DNA of 64,000 nt from Callorhinchus milii (lineage: Eukaryota): the NCBI RefSeq assembly GCF_018977255.1, contig NW_024704743.1, positions 80,292,001-80,356,000 of the forward strand, in the 5' to 3' direction. The position numbers and the translations under genes were made by a program. The notes beneath the pieces were generated by a model, which ran no database searches, was not told the DNA's origin, and saw only the letters and a list, made by a program, of their open reading frames with translations. Every line of letters begins with the position of its first letter. Positions within the stretch are counted from its first letter, which is position 1. Below, piece after piece: positions 41,292-54,551 of the stretch.

Positions 41292-44165
41292 AACAGGCCC
41301 AAGAGGCCGAGGATCAAGTGAGTAATCTTATGGATGATCTGCAAAGAGAAGTCAAATAGAAGAGAAGAAATGTAAACTGATGGAGTAGTCATTCCAGTTA
41401 AAAACAATGACAGAAAAAAAGTATTCAAATAAAGAAAATAAGCTTCTGAGGGGATTTATTTAAAAGAAATTTTGCAGTTACAAAATGACCAATAAGGTTA
41501 TGTGTTTCTGTTTCTATATCTCATTTTTGTTTTATCTATTTTGTCTTTATATGCAAGGTGAAGACAAGGGAAAGGAAGAAAGGCTATTGAGCAGGGAATG
41601 TGACAAGTTGAAAGAGAGAGAGAGAATGAACAGGAGAGGTTAATTGAAAAAAAACTAGTGAGAGAAAGAGATTCAATGTGAAACTAATAACAACCAAAAA
41701 GACAGGCGTTTTAAACAAAAAGCGATTAAAATGTCCTTTGGAAAAATTAACACAGCTTTGTGCTGAAAATTGATTGTCATGAATGCCCTCACCTTCCTTG
41801 TTTCCCTCCTTCTCCCCTCTCTTTCCTTCCCTTATCCCTGACTTTAACCTCTCAGATTTTATGCAGATATTCGTTAACGGCTCCAGGGTTTACATCGACG
41901 GCAAGCCACAAACATTCCTAAGGATTTGGTTTGTATGAGCTCATCTGTTGATAAAGTAAAGAGTTGCTTCAAGTTTGCTCCTTTTACTCCAAAAATGTGA
42001 AACGAATGCCCTTGCGAAATAAGGTGCTCGAAGGAGGTTGTTTGCGAGCACTCCTGTTTCTCTCTCCCACCTTATCAAAAAAACCCTCATATAAAAAAAA
42101 CTGTCACTGGATGCTTGGGATGAGCAGTGATGTGGCTGTAGGTGTACATTTTTTTTTGGCAGGTTATGAACCTGAGCCACTTGACAAACATGATTTTAAG
42201 TTTATTTTGTATATATGGAGAATTTTAATACAATTGTTTATGATATGTTTATCCATGTTATGCTACAACAGATGATTGAAAATCCAAGAAGAACAGACGA
42301 TCGAAACCCAAACATACATTAATAAAGAATTAAAAGAAATGGTGGTAAGATTAAAAGCAAATTATCTTATTAAAAGTAAAAACAGAGACTTTTTTTCAAA
42401 ACTTAGTAGGATACAGACAGCAGTCAGGGAGCATCCAAATTTATACAGCGCCTGGCTATGGATCAGTTTTTAACAAATGCAGTGCCAAAAAAAAATGGAA
42501 GTTGCTCCCATGGATGTGTAAAGTCAGGAATTTATGGTATGATCCAAGGACAGCCCCTGCATATGTCACACACAAAATATTCTGGCAAACATTCCACGCT
42601 AAAGAAAAACAGAGAAAAGGTGGTGGCAATTAGCTAGCCGAAGGGTGAGGACAAATCTGAAACTCAAATGAATTCAAAACAAATTGATCCCCCAAATTTA
42701 TATTATATGCATGATGGCTAAACAATAGCTATAGACCTCCTCTTGATCTGGAAACAAGGGGAGAGGCTAAGGCTATCAGAAGGATCAAAACAGGCTATTT
42801 TGCTAACAATCCCTGGAAGTTGAAACAGGATGCACCTTATATATGGCAAGGATGTCATGACAGACTCACATATGGAAAACTGTTAAAAGAAATACAGACT
42901 ACAAAATACAGCAGAGAACTAAAGCGTTGGACAGTCACCAAGGCCTCCCCAGATCGCAATGAGTTTCCTAGGTCTCTATGGGGTATGTTGTGACTCTTTG
43001 AATGAATATTTGGGGAAGTCACAGCAGTCACAGCATGAGTTTGAGGCCACTCTGCATATTATTGGTTGACTCAGGGGCCTCCCTGACTATTCTTTGAAAA
43101 GAGCAATCCGAACATTCACAATGGTCCTCAGCTAAAGTTTTTCCCCACAGGAGGTTGTGATGGAATGGTCCATGAGTATACCTGAGCACAAGATATTAAC
43201 CTTTTTAAATTGTGTAAAAGACATTAGTATGGGATTTAGCGTAAGCTAGTAGCAAAGTTTGTAAAAATGCAAGTAAACAAAGTGAAGGCTGTTTTTATAT
43301 GTTTATATAATTTATTCCATATGTACTGAATAATAGCAAGGTAAAAGATAAACAAAGTGAGCAATAATTAAAGAATATGGGGGTGGGGTCTGCATAGAAT
43401 TACAGATACGACCAAATAATTTGGGACCTGTAATGCGAGCATGAAACGACAGGGTAGAGTAAACGTTGATAGATATAAGAGAGAAAATTAATAATTTTCT
43501 ATTATTAATTTTCTAGGTTTCTAATTATTAATTAGAAAATTAATAATTAATAATTAATGTTTGTAACCTTAACCCACTTCAGGGCGGACTGTGTGTTATA
43601 ATGTTAATGGGTGTTTAAATTAACATGTTAAATAATATTTCAAATTACATTTGTGATGTTTATATAAATAATTTTCTAATCAATAATGTCAAATACATTC
43701 ACATTTTAGTAGTTTGTAATTGTTATAAATGTTATAGTGTTAATTATCTTAATATTACTTGAGTTATTCTGATTTATTTTATGTATCATTTATTTTGTGT
43801 ATTCCAGTATTTAATCAAAGTGATGTTTATACAAATTAAATATGGATACATTTATTGGGAATTTTATAAGTTGATATTTTGAAAGAAAAAGAAGTGTGCC
43901 CATAAATAAAAGGAACACCCAATGAAGTCATATTTTAATTTTTGTGACAATACAATTTAAGTATAAGCTTATTAAGTTTATTTTTATTTATATCATTATA
44001 AATAATGATTTACTGTAATTGTTGAACTATACATTGGATATAAATTAAAAAAAACTAAAAACTGATGTAAAATGTTTTTTATGAACACTTAAGAATCATA
44101 AGAATGTTAAAACTGGTTGAAGATTGAATGCAGTGAGAGAGATGGATCTGAATGGTACCCATTTT

Positions 44166-44479
44166 GGAGTCCTGTAGCTCAGTGGTTAGAGCACTCGCTT
44201 TGCAAGCGAGAGACCTGAGTTCAATTCCAGGCAGAGGGCGAAACCTTGGGCAAGTTTCCTTGCTCCACACGCCTAATAATAATCCCTCCAAAACAATAAT
44301 AAATTGGTCATTTTCAATCCACGACTGTTTGTGGGACACTGCTGTGCGCAATTGGCTGCCGCGTTCGCCCGCAAATATACAGTCAATTCACTTGACAGTG
44401 TGTTCTGTGAAGCGCTTTGGGACGTCCTCCCGACGTGAAAAGCGCTATATCAAATGCAAGGATTATTATTATTATTATT
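44166..44479 (+). mobile_element. Young tRNA-Ala-derived SINE, short subtype
   Basis: Full length, CpG-retaining; tail GGGACGTCCTCCCGACGTGAAA is shared with the young L2. Confidence 0.93.
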
Positions 44480-44542
44480 TTACATTAATTACAGCAATAA
44501 AAGTGGGTTTACGTTTGTAACCTTAACCCACTTCAGGGCGGA

Positions 44543-45309
44543 CTGTGTGTTATAAACAAATTATAAAATTAACATGTTAAATAATATTTCAAATTACATT
44601 TGTGATGTTTATATATATATATAGTTGAAACATATGATCAATCTCATATAAGGGGAGCTGGTTGTGACCGGCTTCAAAGAAGATCCTTTCTCAAGGAGAA
44701 GAAACAAAAGACTGTTTATAAACAACCAACTGTTTTCATTTCTTATCGTAATTTTCTCATGGAAAAATCGTCTGCAGCTGGAGAAGGCTATGTAGTTTTT
44801 TTTTACAAAAGAACCATCTTGCAAAAGACAATAGGTGAAAGGTCACCTAACAAACTGTATAAATGGAGATGGATTCGGAAGAGAATCAGAAGAAAGAATT
44901 GAAGAAGGAGAGGGATCGAATTGGATGTGCCATGAACAGAACTGGACGTGGCATAATACCTGGATACTTTCAAGTGATAGAATTGAGCATATAAGAATAC
45001 CTGGATACTTTTGGGCAATCGAACTGAGAAAAGTACAATAATACCTGGATACCTTTGAATGGATATATTTATTTGGATTAAAAAGGACACATTAAAATGG
45101 ACATTAAATTGGACATTGCTATCTTTTCTGCAGCAGGGGCAACTTAAATCGTTGTGAACTATGCGTCGATAGTAAGAATTATTGTGATGCATTCTTTTAA
45201 TTACTTATAACTATTACTAATCTGAATTAATAAACATCTATATTTTTGTACAACATTTGTTTCAGTCTTCACTTCACCGCAGGGTCACCAAGTTAAATTA
45301 ACCCTTACA
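44543..45309 (+). mobile_element. Putative 3' LTR of the relic
   Basis: Purine-rich AGGGCGGAC followed by TGTG; TATA-like motifs; internal AATACCTGGATAC x3; AATAAA at 45229; ends in ...CCCTTACA where the host L2 resumes. Partly interpreted. Confidence 0.5.
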
Positions 45310-45571
45310 GCCTTGCTCCCCATTCCCTTTTTCAAGGCTCGCCTGAAAACCTTCCTTTTCGACCATGCTTACGGCCACCTCTCCTCTAGGCTCAGAGTCA
45401 GGCTCTACCGTTGTTAAGTGCTTTGAGATGCCAATCTGTGTGGAAGGTACTATATAAGCGCAAGTTGTTGGGCTCGCTGTTGTGAACACAGTCTGGCAAG
45501 TTTCCCACTGTTTATCTAGCTAAGACCTCCCCATCCACAGAGTTTTGGTTTACAGGTTAAAAATTTGGTTT

Positions 45572-46437
45572 ACAACAAGACAACAACAAGAATCCATTTA
45601 TAGAGCGCCTTTCACGTCGGGAGGACTACCAAGGCGCTGTACAGTTGGGTCAGGACCCGAGCAGGGGGGAAATAGTCAGGGTGAGGGGAGGGAAGGGAGG
45701 GAGCGAGGAGGGGGTAGAGAGTCGAGAGGGGAGCTGAAGACACGGTCAAAGAGAAAGGTCTTCAGACCGGCCTTGAAGGAGGAAAGGGAGGAAGTGGCGA
45801 AGGCACTGGGGGATAGAGTTCCAGAGCCTCAGGGCTGAGAGGCTGAAGGGCGGGGGATGTGGAGCAGACCGGAGCCAGAGGAACGGAGGGTACGGGCAGG
45901 TAGGTAGGGGGATAGTAGGTCAGAGAGGTAGGAGGGAGCGAGGCCGTGAATGGCCTTGTAGGTGAGGATGAGGATCTTGAATTCGATCCTCTGGGGGATG
46001 GGGAGCCAGTGGAGGCGAGCGAGGGTGGGAGTGATGTGATCGCGAAGCCTGGTGCGGGACAGTACACGAGCTGCAGAGTTCTGAATGACCTGCAGCTTGT
46101 GGAGGGAGGTGGCGGGAAGGCCGGCGAGGAGAGAGTTCCCATAGTCCAGCCTTGAGGTGATAAAGGCGTGGACCAGAGTTTCAGCAGCGTGAGGGGTGAG
46201 GTAGTGCCGTAGTCTGGCGATATTCCGGAGGTGATGGAAGGCGGTGCCAGTTGTGGCGCGGATGTGGGGAAGAAAGGACAACTCAGGGTCGAACAGAACC
46301 CCGAGGTTCCTGACCGGCTTTGAGAGGTGGAGAGTGCAGCCTTGGATGCTGATGCTGTCAGCGCCTGAGGTGCGGAAGCGCTGACGTGAGCCAATCAGGA
46401 GGGCCTCAGTTTTACGCACATTGAGCTGAAGAAAGTT
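45572..46437 (-). mobile_element. Young 5'-truncated L2 LINE
   Basis: Open ORF2 C-terminus nearly identical to 7632-8554; (CAA)n tail. Confidence 0.94.
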
Positions 46438-47005
46438 TAAAATTAAACAGGAGCTGAATGGGATCAAATTTGTCACCGATCATTTGAAGAGTTAACACAG
46501 CAAACTGAATGTTCAGTAGGGATTGGAGCAAAGGCAGAAAAAGGCTTGAAATTACACAGGGTTTAAAAGCTTTTGAAGATAATTGTCAAACATACCTTCT
46601 GTCCATTCAGGAAATGTCAATGAGCGTGTTTAAATGGAGACTATGAATAGTTCAAAAGGGAATGCCACATATGTAGAAAGGAGATGTGCACTGGTAGTGA
46701 ATATTGTATGTCTGTTTTATTTCCGTTGCCTGATGGAAATATCCCTTGTGAATAAATAAGTAGATCGTCAATTATCTAAGGTCACTACTTTGATCTGTGG
46801 CCCTTTGACTGGGTGGGAACTTCCTGTTATTTTTCAGTGCAATCAACTTAATTTCAGAGGAGACAGACATATCCAAGTAAATATAAACATCAGAATTGTC
46901 TATAATTGAAGTATTTAAAATGACATTTAATTATGTTTAAAAGTATGTCATCTAACAATGTGAACCTGCCCACGTGACTCTTCATTGCTCCATTTGAAGT
47001 TCGTT

Positions 47006-47226
47006 GGAGTCCTGTAGCTCAGTGGTTAGAGCACTCGCCTCGCAAGCGAGAGACCTGGGTTTGATTCCCGGCAGGGTGAATGTTAGGCAAGCTTCCTTAC
47101 TCCACGCACCACTGTTTACCTAGCAATAAGTAGGAACCCAGGTGTTAGTTGATTGGCTGATCGCTTTTTTGGGAGAAATAATTCCTTCAAAAGGCGCTAT
47201 ATCAAATGCAAGGATTATTATTATTA
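47006..47226 (+). mobile_element. tRNA-Ala-derived SINE, long subtype, internally deleted
   Basis: Head and central segment are joined directly to the AAGGCGCTATATCAAATGCAAGG(ATT)n tail. Confidence 0.85.
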
Positions 47227-47999
47227 ATTTTTCTTATGAAGAAAGGTAAAATTAAAAATGAATTTTCAGTTACCTGTACTTTTATTAGTCTTTGCAGACA
47301 GGTAGGAAGAATGAGATTATGCTCATGAGTAAATATCTTCCCCTTAGTCCCCTCCATTGCTGTAAATGCCTGAGTAATAAATATTTCCATGAAGTGAATG
47401 ATAATCAAAGATTATAAATGGTCAGAACCCATTACATTGATCATTTTAGGCATTTGAGGAATAAATGCATCAAAATCATGGTTTTGCTCTATCTTGGGAT
47501 AGCACTTGGCCTACATATTGACAGGCAAAGCAGTTTTGCTTCTGTTGGCCTGTCCCAGCCAGAGGCAAAGGCAATGATCCCCAACAAAACACCACCACAT
47601 GCAAATTGAAACAATCTGTTTTACACACACACACACACTTATGAGCCCACAATGGTTTAAACATGTAATTCAGTGGTATAGAATTACGCTGGCCCTACAG
47701 TCAACTTGCTCAAGCAATTCAGTAAAATGAGTTAAAAATTGGTCCAAAGAGATCCTATTGACGTCTAAAACAAGCATCCAATTCAGAGCTGTAGCCTCAG
47801 ATAACCAATCCCAAGAAAACCAGCAGGGAAGAACTCTTCTACCTAAAGGAGGAAGAATAAACAGCAGATATTTGATTATCAAATATCAAAGACGTGATTA
47901 GTCTCAAAGAAGTGATAAGGCGCCATATCAAATGCAAGGATTATTATAGGATTATTATATTATTATTTACACTTGGTTTACACAACTCACACAATAGAC

Positions 48000-48210
48000 A
48001 CCATTGTTACCACAAACAGTCATGGATTGAGTGACCAAATTATTTTAATTTATTTTGAAGGAATTTTCTTCTCCTGGAAAATTGATCAGCCAATCAAGTA
48101 ACAACCGGGTTCCTACTTACTGCTAGGTAAACAGAGACGTGTGGCCTTAGGAAACTTGCCCGGCCAGGAATCAAACCCAGGTCCTCTCGCTGGTAAAACG
48201 AGTTCTAGAA
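48000..48210 (-). mobile_element. SINE 5' part, long subtype
   Basis: Reverse complement of the head and of the CTGTTTACCTAGCAGTAAGTAGGAACCC segment. Confidence 0.7.
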
Positions 48211-48589
48211 CTCCACGATGCATGTGTAATTGTAATTGTACAGCTTAATGGTGTAAATGTAAGTGTACAAAGGAAATTGTGGAATTAGCAACCAATGAAA
48301 AGGATTTTAAATGTTTCTGTTAGAAAGTTAAAGCAGCACTTTTAGTGAATCTGTTTTTGTCAGGAAACAAATCTCGCAGTACTTGCAGCACAGGTTGAAT
48401 ATTCTGGTTACTTTGTCACATCCCATGTGATTCCAATGGTAGTTATATTTACTAAATAGTTCAACTACATTTCAGGAAGTTAATGCCAAGGAAGGAAAAT
48501 AATTGGTTGATTTTAGAAATGTTTTCATTGGAAGGATGCCATAAATCTGGCTACAAAACTGTCTTCCGTCACTTAAAGTTATGTTTACA

Positions 48590-49300
48590 TAATAATTCTT
48601 GCATTTGATATAGCGCCTTATCACGTCTTCTGGATACCTCAAAGCGTTTCATAGAATATACTGTAAAGTGAATTGACTGCATGTTTTGTGGGCGAAACGC
48701 GGTAGCGAATTACGCGCAGCAGTGTCCCACAAACAACCGTGGATTAAGTGACCAAATTTTTAAAAATTGTATGAATATGATCCACATGTCAACACAACCA
48801 GACACATGTGAAGACTTCACACAGGAGACTCCAAGTAAGACTCTTGCACCTCATTGTACTTACAGGCATTTTTCTTGATGTAAAGATTACCCTGGGGTCA
48901 ATTCAATGATATTTATTGTATCAAATAATAATCCTGCATTTCAATATAATGCCTTATCACGTCATTGAGATGTGTCAAAGTGCTTCACAGGATTTGAAGT
49001 ACTGTGTATTTGTAGGTGAACGTGGAAGCCAATTTTTACATAGCAATGTCCTACAAACACCTATGAAGTGGATGATCAATTTGTATTTGGAGAATTGTTG
49101 GTCAAGTGAAACTGCCTTCTCTTTTCGAATTGGGCATTGAGATCTTTAGTATCCACCTGAATGTCTCATCTGAAGGACAGTAAAGTAAATCACTGCATTT
49201 AGTGTCAGCCAGGAAGATGAGTTCAAAGTTCTAATGAGGGGATTGAACTCTCAACCTTCAGATTCAGAGTTGAAAATGCTACCACCTGACCCAGGCTGAG
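48590..49300 (-). mobile_element. SINE 3' half (48590-48760) and an old Deu-domain SINE (48925-49300)
   Basis: Shared tail and Deu-like core motifs. Confidence 0.7.
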
Positions 49301-49584
49301 GCCTGATGTTCCCTGGATGTGCCGAAGCACACTAGCAGAGACCATTCCAAGTGCGGATTTTTTATACTTTGAATTCGTTGTTGGCTGTTGGGTGGTTCAG
49401 TGCGACACTGGCTGAATTTTCCATTTAATAAAAAGTCAGTATCCAGCTTTCCAGCAGTCATGATCCACAAGGCAGATTAGTCCAATACTGTAGACCTGAT
49501 ATTTAGCACACTTAATATGCTAAATATCAAATGTATCGCTATTTGATCCCAAAGTACTGCATACGTCATACTTGATACTTACCG

Positions 49585-50045
49585 CATATTGACCTGGACT
49601 AAATGCCATACCGCCATCTCACCAGTTCTGGCCAGGCTCCACTGGCTCCCCAATACCGAACGGATCGACTTCAAGATCCTCACACTCGTGCTCAAATTGC
49701 TTCCCTCCCTGTCTCTCCAACCTTCTCACTCCCCAGTCCACCACCCAGCCCCACTGCTCAACTGGCACCGGCTTCCTGCTTGTCACTCATACCCTCCGCT
49801 CCACCATTGGAGTTTACACTTTCAGCCACTACAGCCCAAAACTTTGGAAGACTCTTCCTCAATCCCTCCGCCTTGCCCCCTCTCTTCCCTTTTTCAGGTC
49901 CCGCCTTAACACCTTCCTTTTCAACTGTGCTTACGGTCACCTCGCCCCCACCTCCCCTGCCGGCTCAGAGTCAGATTCCGCCACTGTTAAGCACTCTGAG
50001 ACGCTGACCTGCCTGGTGGGTGCTATATAAGTGCAAGTTGTTCTT
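49585..50045 (+). mobile_element. Old L2 3' fragment
   Basis: ISPVLARLHWLPNTERIDFKILTLV; same subfamily as the L2 that hosts the LTR relic. Confidence 0.85.
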
Positions 50046-51624
50046 GTTTTTGATTACAAAGAACGGCTTTTTATTGCTACCTTACTGCAATGAGATACGG
50101 TGTTGCACAGGGATCACATATTTTTATCAATGCATGTAAAACAGAGCCCGTTATCAAACTAACTGTATACAGCATTCTGTGACTCTACCCTGCTTGAAGT
50201 CGCTACATCAATGCAAGTTGCTGCTGTTGTTGTTTTTGCAACTAATAGATGTGCTGAGGCTGGCCCCCACACATCGGAAGTTGACATATTGTGTGATTAC
50301 AAATCTGATATGAAATAGAGGCAAGCATTTAATGTTCATTCAGATTTTAGCTCTTAAGCTTGTAAAACATTGTTCACAAAGCCAAAGTTAACATCCATGG
50401 ATCACAAGCAAACAACAACAACAATAACAACAACAAAATTACATTTATAGAGTGCCTTTCACATCAAGAGGACGTTCCAAAGCGCTGAAACAGGAAAGAA
50501 AATATACATAAATATTGGCCAGCATCAGACTGGAAGAAAATTCACAATGGAGAGCATTATGCAATATGAGAGTAAAATTTGTTATGTATTTATGTGTGTT
50601 TGTTGGAATAAACAAAAATGGCCTCAGGTGAGCTAGAAGGTAATTTTGTTATGTCGACGAGCAGGGAGTATTTTTTTGTTTTTCCTGGCTAACCCTTCCT
50701 CATCCAAGCTCACAAAATCATTCCATATTTCATTTTACATTACTGCTGATTGTGAGATGTTGCTTGTTGGATATTAGCTGCACATTCGGCATAATAAAAA
50801 TAATCACCAAGCTATAAGAAGTAATTGAGTGAACTGTGTGAGGCTCTTGGTGACGTTTCAAAATGATAAGGTTCTGCATCAAGTGCAAGTATTGAAAGTC
50901 CTGCTTAGTTCCTAATATTAGTTTAATTGCATTGGGATTTCCTACCATTATCATTTGTCTCACGTTTAGCTGAATAAGAATGTGTGGCAAGCTGGTTCTT
51001 CATAACATATCAGGCCACAGCATCATGTTTGGAACAGTGGGTGTTTTTTACATTCCAGACAATGTCTTGTGTCAGCTGTAAGTTGCGACTACAGGTGCAT
51101 TTCTTCATGGATTCTGTCTGTTACTTGGGATAATCTTAGCAAGATGACATATGTGTCAGTTGACTGATTACGTCTGAGAGAAACATAGGTCTTCGGAACA
51201 GTAAGCGGGGCTGTTTGTGTGTGGTGCAGATTACGCTTTGCCTGAAAATGTGGCTTGTGAGGAGTGCTGCTCCTCACCTTTTATTTGTAATTGCCATCAA
51301 TAAACTTAAAGATTAACCTATAAACAGATTTGGGAAGGAGAAAGCAAAAAGAAAAGGTTATAATCATTCCAAGGGTCAGCCATCCTTGAATTATTTTTTT
51401 AAAAACGTGTATCTCAGTAATGGGCTCAAAAAGGTTCAGGCTTAATACTAATATTAATAATAATAATTGAGAAGTCTCAAAGTGCTTCACAGGATATGTT
51501 GTAAAGTGGATTGACTATGTATTTTGTGGACAAAATTTCAAATAATTAAAATCCCAATAGGTCCACTTAGCCCTTGCAGATAATAAAATGAGTGCCACTC
51601 CTCTGAGTATCCTCCTCGGAGGGA

Positions 51625-52710
51625 GATCCAGCAGGAGTTAGATTGGTTATGTGGATTAATAAAGGACAGCCTACACAGATTTGTTCAAGGCAAATTGTGT
51701 CTAACTAACTTGATTGAGTTCTTCGATGAAGTAACGGAGAAGGATGATATTGCAGTTGATGTATATATGGACTTTCAAAAGGTGTTTGATAAAGTGCCAC
51801 ACAATAGATTTGATAGCAAAATTGAAGCCCATCCATGATATTAAAGGAACAGCATTGATATGAAATTGGCTGGGAGACAGAAAGCAGAGTGTAGTGGTGA
51901 ACGGTTGTTTTTCAGACTGGAGGGAGGTATACAGTGGTGTCCCCCAAAGGTATTAGGACCACTGCTCTATTTAATATATATTAATGACCTGGATGGGTAT
52001 AGAGAGCAAAATTTTAAGGTATGCAGATCACAAAAAACTTGGAAACATAATAAACAGTGAGGAGGATAGTAACAGATTGCAGGAGGTCATAAACAGACTG
52101 GTGAAATGGGCAGACATGTGGCAGATGGAATTTAATGCAGGGAAGTGTGAAGTGATGCATTTTGGGAGGAGGAATGAGAAGAAACAATATAAGATAAATT
52201 GTACAGTTTTAAAGGAGGTTCAGAAACAGAGAGACCGGGGGGTTTCACAAAGCAAATCTTTGAAGGTGGCAGGACAAGTTGACAAAGCTGTTAAAAATGC
52301 GTATGGGATCCTTGCCTTTATAAATAGAAGCACAGAGTATAAGAGCAAGGAAGTTATGTTGAAGCTTCACAAGTCGCTGGTTAAGCCTCAGCTGGAGTAT
52401 TGTATCCAATTCTGGGCATAGCATGTTAGGAAGGATGTCAGGTCTTTGAGAGGATGCCGAGGAGATTTATAAGAATGATACCAGGGATGAGGGACTACAA
52501 TTATGTGGAGAAATTAGAGAGGCTAGGATTATTCTCCTTAGAGTAGGAAAGGTTGAGGGGAGATTTAATAGAGGTGTTCAAAATTATGAGGGGTTTTAAT
52601 AGAGTTGATAGGGAGAAAATGTTACCTCTGGCAGGTGGGTCAGTCACCAGAGGACACAGATTCAAGATAATTGGTAAAAGAACCAGCAGGGAGACAAGGA
52701 GAAATTCTAT
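51625..52710 (+). mobile_element. CR1 LINE ORF2 RT/C-terminal fragment (pseudogenised)
   Basis: CLTNLIEFFDEVT, MDFQKVFDKVPH, LGPLLYLIYINDL, WADMWQMEFNAGKCEVMHFG, PQLEYCIQFW, RGDLIEVFKIM. Confidence 0.93.
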
Positions 52711-53484
52711 GATTCTATATGCCAGGTCAGGAATAATCCAAGGTGTAATTTGATAGTTGACCAGCTTGACTGGCTCATGAATGAGATCTGGAGGTGCAGA
52801 TATGTCCTCAACTCTGCCAACTAAAGCCTTAATAGGTAACAGATAGAATAATAGGTCAGGCAAACTTACACATTTCGTAGCTGTAAAATGTACAATTACC
52901 ATTAGTTATTTATAAATTTCAAGGAACATTTCAAAACATCCCCAAATTCCCTACATCCTGAATAACTCCAGTTTCCCAGGTTGAACGCACTGTATACGTT
53001 GTGCAAAACATGCCTCACGTGTCAGCTTTAAAGTCATGTGTCTTATTTAGTTTGATGTAGCTTAAGACAAAATATACTGTAATGAAAGAAAAGTCCTGTG
53101 ATTCTACACATTTTTGTACTTGAATATTCTAATATTTGGATAGAAAGTTCCGCTGAAAGCTCTTGAGAAAATGCAGTGCTTGGCAGTCCAATTCATACCA
53201 CTGGATTGAAATCCATACCTGAGGCAAATAGAAATGGGGATATTTCTTTAATGAAGAATACACATGCATTGCTAATATTTTTGTTCAAATACAAGGGAAC
53301 TCCATTATAATGATTCCAGTATAGCATTGCCTCATTCGCAGCCCTGAGTTTTGTGGACCTCGTCTAACTGGAAATGTGATCCATCTGATTTTAGTTCCAC
53401 ATTAAAAAATGGCTGACTTCCAGGTCATCGGGTCACTGTGGATGTCATATCCCATGCGCCGCATATGCACGCTACGTACAGGAA

Positions 53485-53760
53485 GTTCCATTGCTTCAGT
53501 TTTGAGAGAAGATGTCTCAGAGGGGACATTAAAGAGGTGTATAAAATTCAAAATGGAATTGGTAAAGTAAATCCAGACCAATACTTCAGCAATGCACGAA
53601 GACAAAGAACAGGAGGACATAGAGTTAAAGCTAGTGTTGCAAGGGGCATTCCAAAACATATACCAGGAAGTTTTTCTTTACCCAGAGGGTAATTAACAAC
53701 TGGAAAAGGTTGCCAAGAAGAGTGGTTGACACATGGACACTGTGATGGGAGGACATTAAC
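53485..53760 (+). mobile_element. Old CR1 3' fragment
   Basis: FSFERRCLRGDIKEVYKIQNG...RTGGH. Confidence 0.8.
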
Positions 53761-54551
53761 CAATTTGTGATGTTACTTTTCAAACAAAGTGATATCAAAG
53801 GCGCTTCCTGAACATTACATTGTATGCACATAACACGCAGGAAGGCACATCAGCTATGACCTAGCAATCTGAAAGTTGGCTTTTTTTTAGCCCTTTGTTT
53901 ATAGCCACTGAGATATTGAACCCAGGTGACCATGTTGTAATGAGAATCCTCTGCAGTGCATCTGTCCAAACACCCTTCCATTTCAAATCTCTGAGCAATT
54001 AATTTCACAAAAGTTTGCATTTAGAACCAGATAGTACTCAATTCTCTCAATGCTTGATAGTTTTTTCCTGAAATTTCTGAAAGTTGGAAATGGCATATTA
54101 GAGTGAAAAGCGTGACATGTGACAATTATCCCATTACTTATTGCATGATTCACCTCATTGATTTAACGTAAGGAAAGGAATTGCCACCTGTGTTTTAATT
54201 TAAACTGACTGTGACTTCAGTCAAAACACGAAACAAAGGAGTTCTTGTGTCAAGTGGGTTTAAGAAGCTGAGAGTCTAAAGCTCCACATTCCTTGTGTCG
54301 GAGTTAACATTGCACAGACCATGTCAGTGAGTGTGAATGATGCCCTGCTAGCAAAATACCTAATCTTTGAATAGAAAGGTCAATGAAACAATGAAATAAA
54401 CCACAAATCACCCCAATTCCATGAATGGACTCAGTAAATTCCATGGATTCTTTCCGCTAAGTTTTCCACAAAAACATCAGTCCAGCATTTTCTGTTGCAG
54501 TCTTCATGTAGGTTACCTCCATGTGTCAGCCTGGCTCACTCTTGCCTTTGA

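Larger units (their letters stand above)
40521..45309 (+). mobile_element. Degenerate LTR retroelement/endogenous retrovirus relic inserted in an old L2 (40300-40520 ... 45310-45470)
   Basis: Protease-like LLVDSGASLTI (43059-43091) and LDGFTG...NILG; RT-start-like VFTNHKHDCGK; RT-like MSFLGL.G.C and QGERLRLSEGSKQAIL; RNase H-like IFVNGS..Y.DG; Gag-like EHP..YS..LW; coiled-coil heptads; LTR-like 3' end. Confidence 0.7.

Noticed and set aside
50950..51280. Possible piggyBac-like Cys-rich C-terminal remnant on the minus strand
   Set aside because: Only a CLECKK-like fragment is visible, too weak to support without a search.
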